This document shows, one piece after another, positions 19,701 through 27,212 of a stretch of DNA of 34,273 nucleotides (position 1 is its first letter; every line of letters starts with the position of its first letter). Source of the DNA: Chitinophagaceae bacterium (GTDB taxonomy: Bacteria; Bacteroidota; Bacteroidia; Chitinophagales; Chitinophagaceae). The translations under genes were made by a program, and so were the position numbers. Under the pieces are notes generated by a model. The model did not search any database and was not told where the DNA came from. It saw only the letters and a list, made by a program, of their open reading frames with translations. The stretch spans positions 1 to 34,273 of the forward strand of contig CANHSD010000001.1 of NCBI GenBank assembly GCA_947463105.1. The letters run 5' to 3'.

Positions 19701-21181
19701 AGGGAGAGGATAAAGGCCCCTACCAGTGCAAATGCGACAGTCTGTGCCATGGGCTTGAACATCTTGCCTTCGATGCCGGTTAGGCTAAGGATGGGGATAT
19801 AAACGATAAGGATGATGATTTGTCCAAACACTGCAGCTCCCATCATTCTTCCTGCAGATTGTTCAACGGTATGGTCCATCTGGCCCTGTCTCAGTTGCAG
19901 GCCCATGTGCTTATTGGAGTGCAGCCTGTGGAGTACTGCCTCCACTATAATTACTGCACCATCAACAATCAATCCAAAATCGAGCGCTCCTAAACTCATC
20001 AGGTTTCCTGTCACACCAAAAAGGTTCATCATGCCCACAGCAAACAGCATGGCCAGTGGGATTACTGAAGCTACAATCAGCCCTGCCCGGAGGTTTCCCA
20101 GGAAAAAAACCAGGATCAGTAAAACAATCATCGCCCCCTCCAGCAAATTGGTCTTTACAGTCCCCAATGTGCGGTTGACCATTTTGGTGCGATCCAGAAA
20201 AGTATTGATTTCTACCCCCTCTGGCAAGCTCTTTTCAATTTGCTTCATGCGCTCCTCAATATGCCCTATCACATCAGCAGCATTTTCTCCTTTCAACATG
20301 AGCACCACGGCCCCAGACACTTCTCCTTCATCCATGTAGGTAAGAGCGCCATACCGCACTGGGCTGCCAATTCTTGCTTCTGCAATATCCCTGATGTAAA
20401 TAGGGGTGCCAGCAGCAGATTTGGCCACATAGATATTTTGAATCTCTTCAATTGATTTGACAAGCCCTTCTGACCTTACAAACAAAAGTGAAGGACCTTT
20501 CTCAATATAGGCAGCCCCTGAATTCTGGTTATTGTTCTGGATGGCATTGAATACCTGGTCAAATGTCACCCCTGCCCCTTTCAATTTCACAGGATCAATG
20601 GCTACTTCGTATTGTTTTAGCTTACCACCAAAACTGCTCACATCGGCAACACCAGGAGTTCCCAACAATTGCCTCCTGATGATCCAGTCCTGGATGGTGC
20701 GCAATTCAGTGAGGTCATATTTATCCTCATATCCTTTCTTAGGTCGAACGATATACTGATAAATTTCACCCAGTCCTGTGGTGACAGGGGCTAGCTCAGG
20801 GGTACCTGCTTCTTTGGGGATTTCGTCCCTGACCAGCAGCATCCGCTCACTCACCTGTTGCCTGGCCCAATAAATGTCTTTGTCATCATCAAATACAACC
20901 GTAACTACAGAGAGACCAAATCTAGAAATAGACCTTATCTCTTTGATATCCGGTATGTTGGATGATGCCTGCTCGATGGGGAAAGTAATCAATCGTTCCA
21001 CCTCAAGCGAACCGAGGGTGGGTGAAACTGTAATGACCTGAACCTGATTGGAAGTGATGTCTGGAAGGGCGTCAACCGGAAGTTTAAACAACTCTATTGC
21101 GCCCCAAATGATCCATCCCAATGTAAATAATCCTATGATGAGCTTGTTCCTGATGGAAAAGCGGATGATTGCATTCAACAT
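16793..21181 (-). CDS. czcA: CusA/CzcA heavy-metal RND transporter fused to a C-terminal TolC-like outer membrane factor (1462 aa)
   Basis: LPVDALPDIT, GNLMSLGALDFGLIVDGAVIIVE, GFIALFGVAVLNG, RLRPVLMTA, EVQRPLATVVIGG, then ~406 aa helical OEP-like region; start set to ATG 21181. Confidence 0.92.
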   Translation of the reverse strand: MLNAIIRFSIRNKLIIGLFTLGWIIWGAIELFKLPVDALPDITSNQVQVITVSPTLGSLEVERLITFPIEQASSNIPDIKEIRSISRFGLSVVTVVFDDDKDIYWARQQVSERMLLVRDEIPKEAGTPELAPVTTGLGEIYQYIVRPKKGYEDKYDLTELRTIQDWIIRRQLLGTPGVADVSSFGGKLKQYEVAIDPVKLKGAGVTFDQVFNAIQNNNQNSGAAYIEKGPSLLFVRSEGLVKSIEEIQNIYVAKSAAGTPIYIRDIAEARIGSPVRYGALTYMDEGEVSGAVVLMLKGENAADVIGHIEERMKQIEKSLPEGVEINTFLDRTKMVNRTLGTVKTNLLEGAMIVLLILVFFLGNLRAGLIVASVIPLAMLFAVGMMNLFGVTGNLMSLGALDFGLIVDGAVIIVEAVLHRLHSNKHMGLQLRQGQMDHTVEQSAGRMMGAAVFGQIIILIVYIPILSLTGIEGKMFKPMAQTVAFALVGAFILSLTYVPMMTSVVLSKKLNHKENISDRMMLKLQHGFQRALDRLLQHPRKVVAASVALLVLSFYVASTLGGEFIPELEEGDFAIDARLMTGSSLGETVDATTKAVHELKKFPEVQKVVTRIGASEIPTDPMPIEMTDIIVNLKPKNEWTSASTYDELANKMSVAIGKVPGLTGGFQYPVQMRFNELIAGAKQDVVCKIFGEDLDTLAFYAAQYEEVIHKVEGAKDVFTERVTGLPQIVIKYKPNAIAAYGLSIADVNRVLRASFAGESAGQVYENERRFDLVLRLKENRRNDLTDIKTLMITNPDGISVPLEQVAEIGIQEGPNQVQREDAKRRITVAFNVRDRDVQSVVEEVQSKAEKTIALPAGYYVKYGGQFENLVEAKDRLMIAVPIALLLILLILYFSFGSLRYGLLIYTAIPLSAIGGILLLWMRDMPFSISAGVGFIALFGVAVLNGIVLINEFNRLKNETQMNMKDLVLKGTATRLRPVLMTAAVASLGFLPMALSTSSGAEVQRPLATVVIGGLISATLLTLFVLPVLYVWVEKRKGSIKAPALTLLLGFFSLVASSQTMESPLSGHVPNTRPAASLPLDSIIAMADRNALTLKMAQKQVEYYAGLKKKSAEIPKTSFGAEYGNINSASNDTRFFLNQQFQLPKVYARQKEAYQKTEGLQEAKKYLEQAELHHAIRQLCYRIMDLDRRDEILYRFLRVFSEWQKKAEAQQKAGDINGAALNAIALQTKQYLFQKKQLEADRYALIQELNGMIMSGNNFTPSLENVVDKNIPALIASFENHPSIQMAEAAVKEQVAQTALEKNRLAPDFNLGYSNLSITGWQTPDGISQKYYAPSYRFGIVQAGVSIPVFNGAAKAKINAAKIKEEIAAIQKQQQLENLNRRLADVVSRFNTAKEAHEYYVSEGLRLSADNWSQARKRLDLGDISYSEYSLLQSQHLQVLIAHAETIHQLQMASAAFQFLTEKK

Positions 21182-21186
21182 GATTT

Positions 21187-21223
21187 CTGATTTTTTTTGT
21201 GAACGGGTACCTAAAAAAATCAG
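21187..21223 (-). promoter_or_regulatory. Hairpin joining the leader ORF stop codon to the czcA initiation region
   Basis: Perfect 11-bp inverted repeat CTGATTTTTTT/AAAAAAATCAG; 3' arm covers -16..-6 of the czcA ATG. Confidence 0.6.
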
Positions 21224-21597
21224 CTGCATTTTGGAGGCTGAAAAACAGAAAACTGATGACACTGTGGCATCATACCCTTGCTGATCGGATTAAAATTGGA
21301 CATGTCCGACTGCCACAATGGTGCTAAATGAAAAGACTCCACTGGTGGATGGTATACCTGGGTGAACGAAATTCCTGTATTCCTCAAAGGAAGGGTTGCA
21401 TGCCTAACAGGATCTGAATTTTCATGGTTGCTGTCAAAATAATGGAATTGAATGAACTCAATGGCGGACAAGGGCTGACTGCTGTTTTTGTGCTCATAGA
21501 AATGGTCCACGAGATTGTCAAACTTAACCAACTCATCCATAAAATGCCCAGAGCTGATGATCTGAATGGCAACAATAAAAAAGATTACCTTTTTCAC
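21220..21597 (-). CDS. His-rich small protein ending FQPPK; candidate metal-responsive arrest leader peptide
   Basis: GTG start, N-terminal hydrophobic segment, HFYEH, HYFDSNH, HATLP, C-terminal VFQPPKCS; directly upstream of czcA. Confidence 0.7.
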   Translation of the reverse strand: MKKVIFFIVAIQIISSGHFMDELVKFDNLVDHFYEHKNSSQPLSAIEFIQFHYFDSNHENSDPVRHATLPLRNTGISFTQVYHPPVESFHLAPLWQSDMSNFNPISKGMMPQCHQFSVFQPPKCS

Positions 21598-21601
21598 TAT
21601 C

Positions 21602-21609
21602 TGAAGATA
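21602..21609 (-). promoter_or_regulatory. Variant -7 box (TATCTTCA) 4 nt before the GTG start
   Basis: TAnnTTCA variant with the same 4-nt spacing as the exact boxes at 24118 and 28723. Confidence 0.4.
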
Positions 21610-21702
21610 GGATTTTCGGCGTAATTCAAATGCACTATTTGCAGCATTGCCGCTTGGTAAACACTATCCGCAAGCACCTGATACAGATTTTGATGATATT
21701 TC

Positions 21703-22569
21703 TCATTTCTTCTTCCGCTTGATCACATTGAGGAAACTGCGCTCATAACTGATGGACAGAGAGGAGGTACCCATCCGGTAAGCCCCTCCACTGATCTGGA
21801 AGCGATAACCTGCATTGATTTTCGCATTGCTGTTCACAATCAGCTGTATGGCTGGGGCCAGGTCCATAAAGGAATAATCCCTGTCGAGACCCCTTGAGCC
21901 AATCAGTTCCAGATAAATGTTGAAGTTCGTCTGTTCATAGCTTGTATATTTTCTGGGGAGAAGTAAATACCCTGTGGAAAGACTGTAGTTAAACGACCGG
22001 TAACCATAAAAAGTTTGCCCACCAAAGTCTTTCCACCGGTCTGGATGCATTACCTCCACCAGGGAACCCGTGCCAGAGATGGCAAGCTTGTGCAGGAGTT
22101 GTGTCAGAATCAATCCTCCCTGAATGGCTGTCTGGTCTCCATCCCCGGTAATTTCCTCGTATTGCAAATCGTTCTTACTGATGATCCCCTTAACAAATGC
22201 AGCTGCCCTGAAATGGCGGTGAACATCATCAACAGACAATAACCTCAGTTTTGCATAAATGGAGGCAGATTCAAACCTCAGCTTTTGGTCTGGATATGTA
22301 TTGTACATATTACCAAAGCTTATTGCCGGCCTGAGCATAAGGAATTTACCCAATCCTATAGATGATTCCGCCATTTGCCTGGATGTTGTATGTTTATGTC
22401 CGAGTGCAGATTCCCCCATCCACTTGCCTGCATATTTAAAAGACAAAGACTTTGCTGGAACGTTGGAAGCAGGCTCACTATAAACATAAAGTTCCTGGGC
22501 AGTAAGGCTAAAGCAAAACAATACCAGGAAACCAAAAATCAGCGGTAAACGCAATTTGTAAGGGATCAT
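21703..22569 (-). CDS. Hypothetical exported protein, probable outer-membrane beta-barrel (288 aa)
   Basis: Signal peptide LTA|Q; amphipathic aromatic strands; ATG 22569 overlaps the upstream stop (ATGA). Confidence 0.65.
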   Translation of the reverse strand: MIPYKLRLPLIFGFLVLFCFSLTAQELYVYSEPASNVPAKSLSFKYAGKWMGESALGHKHTTSRQMAESSIGLGKFLMLRPAISFGNMYNTYPDQKLRFESASIYAKLRLLSVDDVHRHFRAAAFVKGIISKNDLQYEEITGDGDQTAIQGGLILTQLLHKLAISGTGSLVEVMHPDRWKDFGGQTFYGYRSFNYSLSTGYLLLPRKYTSYEQTNFNIYLELIGSRGLDRDYSFMDLAPAIQLIVNSNAKINAGYRFQISGGAYRMGTSSLSISYERSFLNVIKRKKK

Positions 22570-23114
22570 AACGTAACATGAAAAATTCCCACTGCTCCCC
22601 CAATTCCTTCGGGCATGACGCAGGGAGTGGATTTGGTGAATTGATAACAAGGAACTTTTGATCCTGTGGTCTGTTTCTTAAACGCTTTGGCTGATAAAAA
22701 CTTTTGGTCAATCACCCTTATCTCAAAACTGGATGGAGATTGCTGGGCTTTGACATCAATGAAGTGGAAAACATTGTCCCCTATTTTGACCTTTTTATCA
22801 TGCCCAATAGCTAAACCGGCCTGATTCACTTTCAACAAAAGTTTTGAAACAGAGAAACCGGCATCTTCCACTTTCTTCCGTATTGCTTCGATGTCCAGTT
22901 TAGCTCCAGGCCTGAAAACAATCAAGAAAGATGATGTTTCAAGATCTGTATCCACGCTATCAATAAAATCAAGGGAAGTAAGGTTGGTATAAATGGATTT
23001 TGCACAAAGAGCACAGGTCAGGCCGCTGGCCTGCAGACTGGCCTTGCTGATTTGTGAAAATGAAATAGTTGACCACAGGAGCATACCCATGATCAGGCTT
23101 AAAATTTTAGTCAT
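22566..23114 (-). CDS. Exported heavy-metal-associated (HMA) domain protein
   Basis: Signal peptide SFS|Q; GLTCALC metal loop; VEDAGF HMA C-terminal motif. Confidence 0.85.
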   Translation of the reverse strand: MTKILSLIMGMLLWSTISFSQISKASLQASGLTCALCAKSIYTNLTSLDFIDSVDTDLETSSFLIVFRPGAKLDIEAIRKKVEDAGFSVSKLLLKVNQAGLAIGHDKKVKIGDNVFHFIDVKAQQSPSSFEIRVIDQKFLSAKAFKKQTTGSKVPCYQFTKSTPCVMPEGIGGAVGIFHVTL

Positions 23115-23127
23115 GATGGTTGAAATG

Positions 23128-23154
23128 AGGGCCCATCTGTTGAGATCGGGCCCT
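23128..23154 (-). other. GC-rich intercistronic hairpin between the two HMA genes
   Basis: AGGGCCC-ATCT/AGAT-C-GGGCCCT stem; no U-tract on the coding strand, so more likely a stability element than a terminator. Confidence 0.5.
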
Positions 23155-23165
23155 TTGGTGATTGA

Positions 23166-23654
23166 TTATTTCTTACAACATTCCTTGCCCTTCTCACATT
23201 TTCCATCCTTGCAGCAAGCCTTGTCTTTTTCACATTTTCCGTCTTTGCAGCAGTCCATCTTGTGGTCACAGTTTTCCATGCCGCAGCATTCTTTTTTTGC
23301 ACCATCTTTGACCACAACAGCTGCAGCTTTTCTTTCATATTGGCAGCAACCATGGAGCTTGTTGTAAACTTCAGTTGGTGCGGTAACATCCTGTGTATCG
23401 TAACCGGATGCTGCAACGGCCTCCTGAATGGCCTTGGCATCAGTCTTCTTTGGCTTGTAAGAAACATTGAGTATTTTGGTTTCCTCACTCCAGCTTGCGG
23501 TTGAAGCACCGGCCTTTATTGCAGCAGTTTCAATGACTTTTTTACACATGCCGCAGTTTCCCCAAACCTTGATTTCCTCTGATTTTTGGGCAAACATTGA
23601 GGTGGAGAACAATAACGCGAACAGGAGTATTGAAAATGATATTTTAGTATTCAT
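23166..23654 (-). CDS. Exported HMA domain protein (CopZ/MerP-like) with Cys-rich repeat tail
   Basis: Signal peptide MFA|Q; GNCGMC; VAASGYD; LHGCCQYER; tail with 11 Cys. Confidence 0.87.
   Translation of the reverse strand: MNTKISFSILLFALLFSTSMFAQKSEEIKVWGNCGMCKKVIETAAIKAGASTASWSEETKILNVSYKPKKTDAKAIQEAVAASGYDTQDVTAPTEVYNKLHGCCQYERKAAAVVVKDGAKKECCGMENCDHKMDCCKDGKCEKDKACCKDGKCEKGKECCKK
23169..23288 (-). repeat. 36-bp (12-aa) coding tandem repeat CC-x4-C-x5, three units plus terminal CCKK
   Basis: CCGMENCDHKMD / CCKDGKCEKDKA / CCKDGKCEKGKE / CCKK. Confidence 0.85.
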
Positions 23655-23697
23655 TTTGATTGATTTTTGATAGATAAGAGTAAAGTAAGATGACCAA

Positions 23698-23738
23698 TGA
23701 AGTTGTTGAGCAGTGAAATACTACTCAAAAACAACTCA
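23698..23738 (-). promoter_or_regulatory. Hairpin starting at the stop codon of the HYC-CC-PP ORF
   Basis: mRNA UGAGUUG-UUU-UUGAGUAGU/AUUUC/ACUGCUCAA-CAACUUCA: 9-bp inner stem plus outer stem, then a G-poor pyrimidine-rich tract. Confidence 0.5.
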
Positions 23739-24113
23739 AATCCTGAAATTGCAGTTCAGGAGATAGGGCGGAGGCTTAATAAACTGCCTATGGAAAAAGC
23801 TTTTTGTATTGGGCGTTTTACAAGTAAACGAACTGTTATAATGGTCAAAAAAGAGGACTGATGAAAATGCTGGACTGAAATCAAAACCAGCAATCACTTG
23901 GCTCTCAAGAACAGAATTGTCAATTTTAATTACCTGTGGAAGATCGTGACAACATCCCTCATCCTCCATTCCACAAAATTCACATCCATGGCTGTCGCGC
24001 TCTCCAAAAGATACTGCAGCCAAATCTCCCATACAATAATGTGCACTGATTACAGTTCCACTGCTGGCGGCAGTGTAAACCATGAGCAACAGTATGGAGA
24101 GGATTTTTTTCAC
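23736..24113 (-). CDS. HYC_CC_PP-type small protein; candidate metal-responsive arrest leader peptide
   Basis: GTG start, hydrophobic N-terminus, HYC (25-27), CEFC (44-47), CCH (54-56), PPP (114-116), ends LNCNFRI; family name recalled from annotations, not searched. Confidence 0.8.
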   Translation of the reverse strand: MKKILSILLLMVYTAASSGTVISAHYCMGDLAAVSFGERDSHGCEFCGMEDEGCCHDLPQVIKIDNSVLESQVIAGFDFSPAFSSVLFFDHYNSSFTCKTPNTKSFFHRQFIKPPPYLLNCNFRI

Positions 24114-24117
24114 TCTA

Positions 24118-24125
24118 CAAAATTA
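24118..24125 (-). promoter_or_regulatory. -7 promoter box (TAATTTTG) 4 nt before the GTG start
   Basis: Exact TAnnTTTG; spacing suggests a leaderless mRNA. Confidence 0.65.
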
Positions 24126-24177
24126 ACAACAAAAACCTATTGAGGTTGAAAAAAGTAGCATTTTAACAGAAAAATGA

Positions 24178-26262
24178 TTAATTCACAAAATTCCAAAAAA
24201 TCCCCAACCGGAATACCATGCCGGGATTGGGATAATTGGGCGCCGAAAGGTTATTTTCTTTGAACCCAAAGCCATATTTCAGCGTTGCCGTATTCAGGTT
24301 CTCTAACCTGAGATAGGCTGTGAAACTTCTGATCCTGAAATGGGTGAAGCCAGTAATCTCTGGCCTTGGAGACAATTTACGCTGGTCCTGATAAAAGAAC
24401 TGCCCTGTCAGGGGTGAATACCCATCTGCAAAATATGCACTGACATACCGCAAATCAATACCAGAGGCAATCACGAGATTGCGAAAAGGTCTTGCCTCAT
24501 AAGACAACCTATTCCTGGTATAAAGCAGTGGCAAATGAATGGGGGCAGCACCTGCCTTGGTTTGAACATGAAGATCAAGGTACCATTTCCATTTTTTACC
24601 CAACGCAGTTTCCCGGCTGATGCCAGCCCGAACAAAATTGAACAATGGTGCGTACTGCGCCACTGTTTTGTAATCCTTGAAATAAGTGTAATTGGACTGC
24701 AGAAAATAACTGAAGCTCAGCCTTGCCTTTACACCATTCAGAAAGAGGCCAGCATTGATGGCTGTTACATTTTCATCATTGAAACTGGATGTTCTGAAAA
24801 CAGGAAAAGCAGTTTTTCTGGCATAGAGGTAAGAAGGAGAACGGTTGATGTTGTTAAACCCAAGTTCCAACGATCCCAATGGGCCAAGTTTTGTCTGGAG
24901 GTTGGCCTGCACATTGTAATTGCCCGCATCCCTGCCAGCAGCATAAAACTCACCATACAAGAGCATGTCCCATTTTTTATTACGGGTCCGGTTCCTGTAT
25001 TCCCCATGCAACATGAGGTTACCAAAAACATCCCTCAATGAATCAGGAGAGGAGGAAAATTGCTGCAGGGTTATGCCAGCTTTTAAAAACTGCAATGGGT
25101 TTTTTGAATCGGGAAATTGAATGATGGAAAAATCATTTTTCAAGACCGACCAATTGCTATTGAGGTCCACTGTATCTGGAACATTGGCAAACCCATAATT
25201 GGACTTGTAAAAATTTTCTGCATTGCGTGCCTGCACATCCAGAAAATGATAGGCATAACCATTGGATTGAACCGTATGTTCCAAGCGGAGCTTGGGATAG
25301 AAAAAACGCACAACAGTTGAATCTGTCACTACAGAATCTTTGATACCAAAATCATACTGTTGCCTCAGCAAGAGGTGTTTATCTGTGTACCTGTTACCAG
25401 TGATCAATTTGACATTGAAAAAATTCCTGGAAGAATAGGCAGCAGATGCAAGATTGGTTGGGATGTTGAACCTGTCGTCGTAAGCAGGATTTTGATTCAC
25501 CAGCAAGGATTCATCTGTAATACCACCGTTTTCTGCGGTTTGCAATGCATTCGAAAGCAGGATCAGGTAGGCATGATACCGCTTGCTTTTTGAGGTATAA
25601 TCTGAATTGAACCGGATGTTGTTGTGGTTGGTGTTTTGGGAATTGAATGTCCCAGGTGCATTGACCAGCCTGTATTCCAGCACGAAGTTCCAATCGGGCA
25701 TCACATTCTGTGTATGCAAAATACTGATCTGCTGCTCAGCCTTGCTCCCCACCAGATAGCCTAATTCAGTAAAGGGCTTGGTGGTATTCATGAACCGCGT
25801 ATCTGAAATCTTCAGGGCAAATGGATCGAGTGCATGAAAACCGGCATCCCAGCCAGGCATTCTCATCGGAGAGAATAGAATAGGCCTTGTCGCATTGCCA
25901 TTGTGCCCAATGTTGATGAGGTCTGCCTTGAGGGGAACCCTGCGAAAAAAATCGTTGATGGAGGAATCGAAGACATTGTATCGGGCTGTATCAAGATAGC
26001 GAAAACGGACATTGACAGAATCATCTGAGAACTTGCGTTTTTCAAAACTAAGGGAATCACTTCCTCCTCCACCTGCACTTCCCCCACCCGATCCACTACC
26101 TCCCATCCTGGAACCCATCCCCTGCATGCTACGCATCATCCCGCGCATTTGTGCAGCAGCAGAAAAAGTTGAGAGCATAGCCATCACCAACAAAAACAAG
26201 AGAAGCATCCCTGTTCTTGGAGGCTTCTGCGCTTGTATTGATTTGATGAAATTGCCGTTCAT
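24178..26262 (-). CDS. Putative beta-barrel porin (Bacteroidota putative porin family)
   Basis: Signal peptide AAA|Q; NTTKPFTELGY, LHTQNV, ENGGI, YFADGYSPLTGQF, C-terminal FRLGIFWNFVN; start may instead be 26208. Confidence 0.75.
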   Translation of the reverse strand: MNGNFIKSIQAQKPPRTGMLLLFLLVMAMLSTFSAAAQMRGMMRSMQGMGSRMGGSGSGGGSAGGGGSDSLSFEKRKFSDDSVNVRFRYLDTARYNVFDSSINDFFRRVPLKADLINIGHNGNATRPILFSPMRMPGWDAGFHALDPFALKISDTRFMNTTKPFTELGYLVGSKAEQQISILHTQNVMPDWNFVLEYRLVNAPGTFNSQNTNHNNIRFNSDYTSKSKRYHAYLILLSNALQTAENGGITDESLLVNQNPAYDDRFNIPTNLASAAYSSRNFFNVKLITGNRYTDKHLLLRQQYDFGIKDSVVTDSTVVRFFYPKLRLEHTVQSNGYAYHFLDVQARNAENFYKSNYGFANVPDTVDLNSNWSVLKNDFSIIQFPDSKNPLQFLKAGITLQQFSSSPDSLRDVFGNLMLHGEYRNRTRNKKWDMLLYGEFYAAGRDAGNYNVQANLQTKLGPLGSLELGFNNINRSPSYLYARKTAFPVFRTSSFNDENVTAINAGLFLNGVKARLSFSYFLQSNYTYFKDYKTVAQYAPLFNFVRAGISRETALGKKWKWYLDLHVQTKAGAAPIHLPLLYTRNRLSYEARPFRNLVIASGIDLRYVSAYFADGYSPLTGQFFYQDQRKLSPRPEITGFTHFRIRSFTAYLRLENLNTATLKYGFGFKENNLSAPNYPNPGMVFRLGIFWNFVN

Positions 26263-26276
26263 GAATAGGTGATGAA

Positions 26277-27113
26277 TCAGTTTGTAGAAACAAGATCCAG
26301 GGTCTCGATCATTGTTTTGAAAATGGATGTCAGTTTTGGTGCTGCGATATTGGCTGCATCCAGCACTTCCTGGTGGGTGATGATATTGTCCTCCTCGCGG
26401 ATGCCAAGATCAGTAATCACGCTCATGGCAAATACCGTCATGCCACAATGGATGGCGGCAATTACTTCCTGTACGGTGCTCATCCCAACGGCATCAGCAC
26501 CCAACAGGTGAATCATCTTGTACTCTGCCCTGGTTTCAAAAGTTGGACCTGTAACACCGTAGTAAATACCTTCCCTCAGGGAATGTCCAAGCGTTGAGGC
26601 CACTGCATGGGCCTTGCTAACCAGTGCTTTTGAATAAGGCTCACTCATGTCTGGGAAACGAGGACCCAGTGCAGCAATATTTTTTCCCAGCAAAGGATTG
26701 ACAATGGAAAAACTGATATGGTCTTTGATGATCATGAGGTCACCGACCTTGAATCCTGGATTGACGCCACCTGCCGCATTGGAAACAAAAAGAAACTGCG
26801 CACCCAATGCCTGCATCACCCTCACCGGAAAAACCACCTCTTGTGCGGTGTACCCTTCGTAATAATGGAACCTGCCGGCCATGACCACCACAGCCTTGTC
26901 TCCTACCTTGCCCAGGATCAGTTTTCCACTATGACCCTCAACGGTTGAAACCGGGAAATGGGGAATTTCAGTATAGGAAATCTCAGTATATACTTCGACA
27001 TGCTCAATAAATCCGCCCAACCCACTTCCTAGAATGACCCCCACCTCAAGAGGATTGGCATGCCTATTCTTTATAAAGCCAACCGCCTCGATTATCTTAC
27101 TGATTTCATCCAT
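26277..27113 (-). CDS. punA: Purine-nucleoside phosphorylase (trimeric PNP-I/XapA type)
   Basis: ILGSGLG, STVEGHSG, GRFHYYEG, NAAGG, GPTFET, GADAVGMSTV; start set to ATG 27113. Confidence 0.93.
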   Translation of the reverse strand: MDEISKIIEAVGFIKNRHANPLEVGVILGSGLGGFIEHVEVYTEISYTEIPHFPVSTVEGHSGKLILGKVGDKAVVVMAGRFHYYEGYTAQEVVFPVRVMQALGAQFLFVSNAAGGVNPGFKVGDLMIIKDHISFSIVNPLLGKNIAALGPRFPDMSEPYSKALVSKAHAVASTLGHSLREGIYYGVTGPTFETRAEYKMIHLLGADAVGMSTVQEVIAAIHCGMTVFAMSVITDLGIREEDNIITHQEVLDAANIAAPKLTSIFKTMIETLDLVSTN

Positions 27114-27128
27114 GATAGCCAATTTGCA

Positions 27129-27136
27129 CAAAGATA
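27129..27136 (-). promoter_or_regulatory. -7 promoter box for the PNP-porin unit (TATCTTTG)
   Basis: Exact TAnnTTTG 15 nt upstream of ATG 27113. Confidence 0.65.
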
Positions 27137-27212
27137 ATGCCTTTAGGCTTTTGCAAGGAATCTGTCAGGGCCGATAGGGCGTATCGCCTGAAGCTGAAAG
27201 GGAGAGCATCAA

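Noticed and set aside
11184-21181. Ligase cluster making a phytochelatin-like chelator for the adjacent czc system
   Set aside because: Only adjacency supports it; the units are convergent and separately promoted, so conserved linkage would have to be shown first.
21182-21262. N-terminal extension of czcA given by the ORF track (likewise 7404, 9680, 14054, 22650, 27131, 28025, 28717 starts)
   Set aside because: These extensions overlap upstream genes or promoter boxes; downstream ATGs give family-typical N-termini.
15653-24125. Metal cluster as a mobile island
   Set aside because: No integrase, transposase, tRNA or flanking direct repeats were seen, and no obvious compositional shift by eye.
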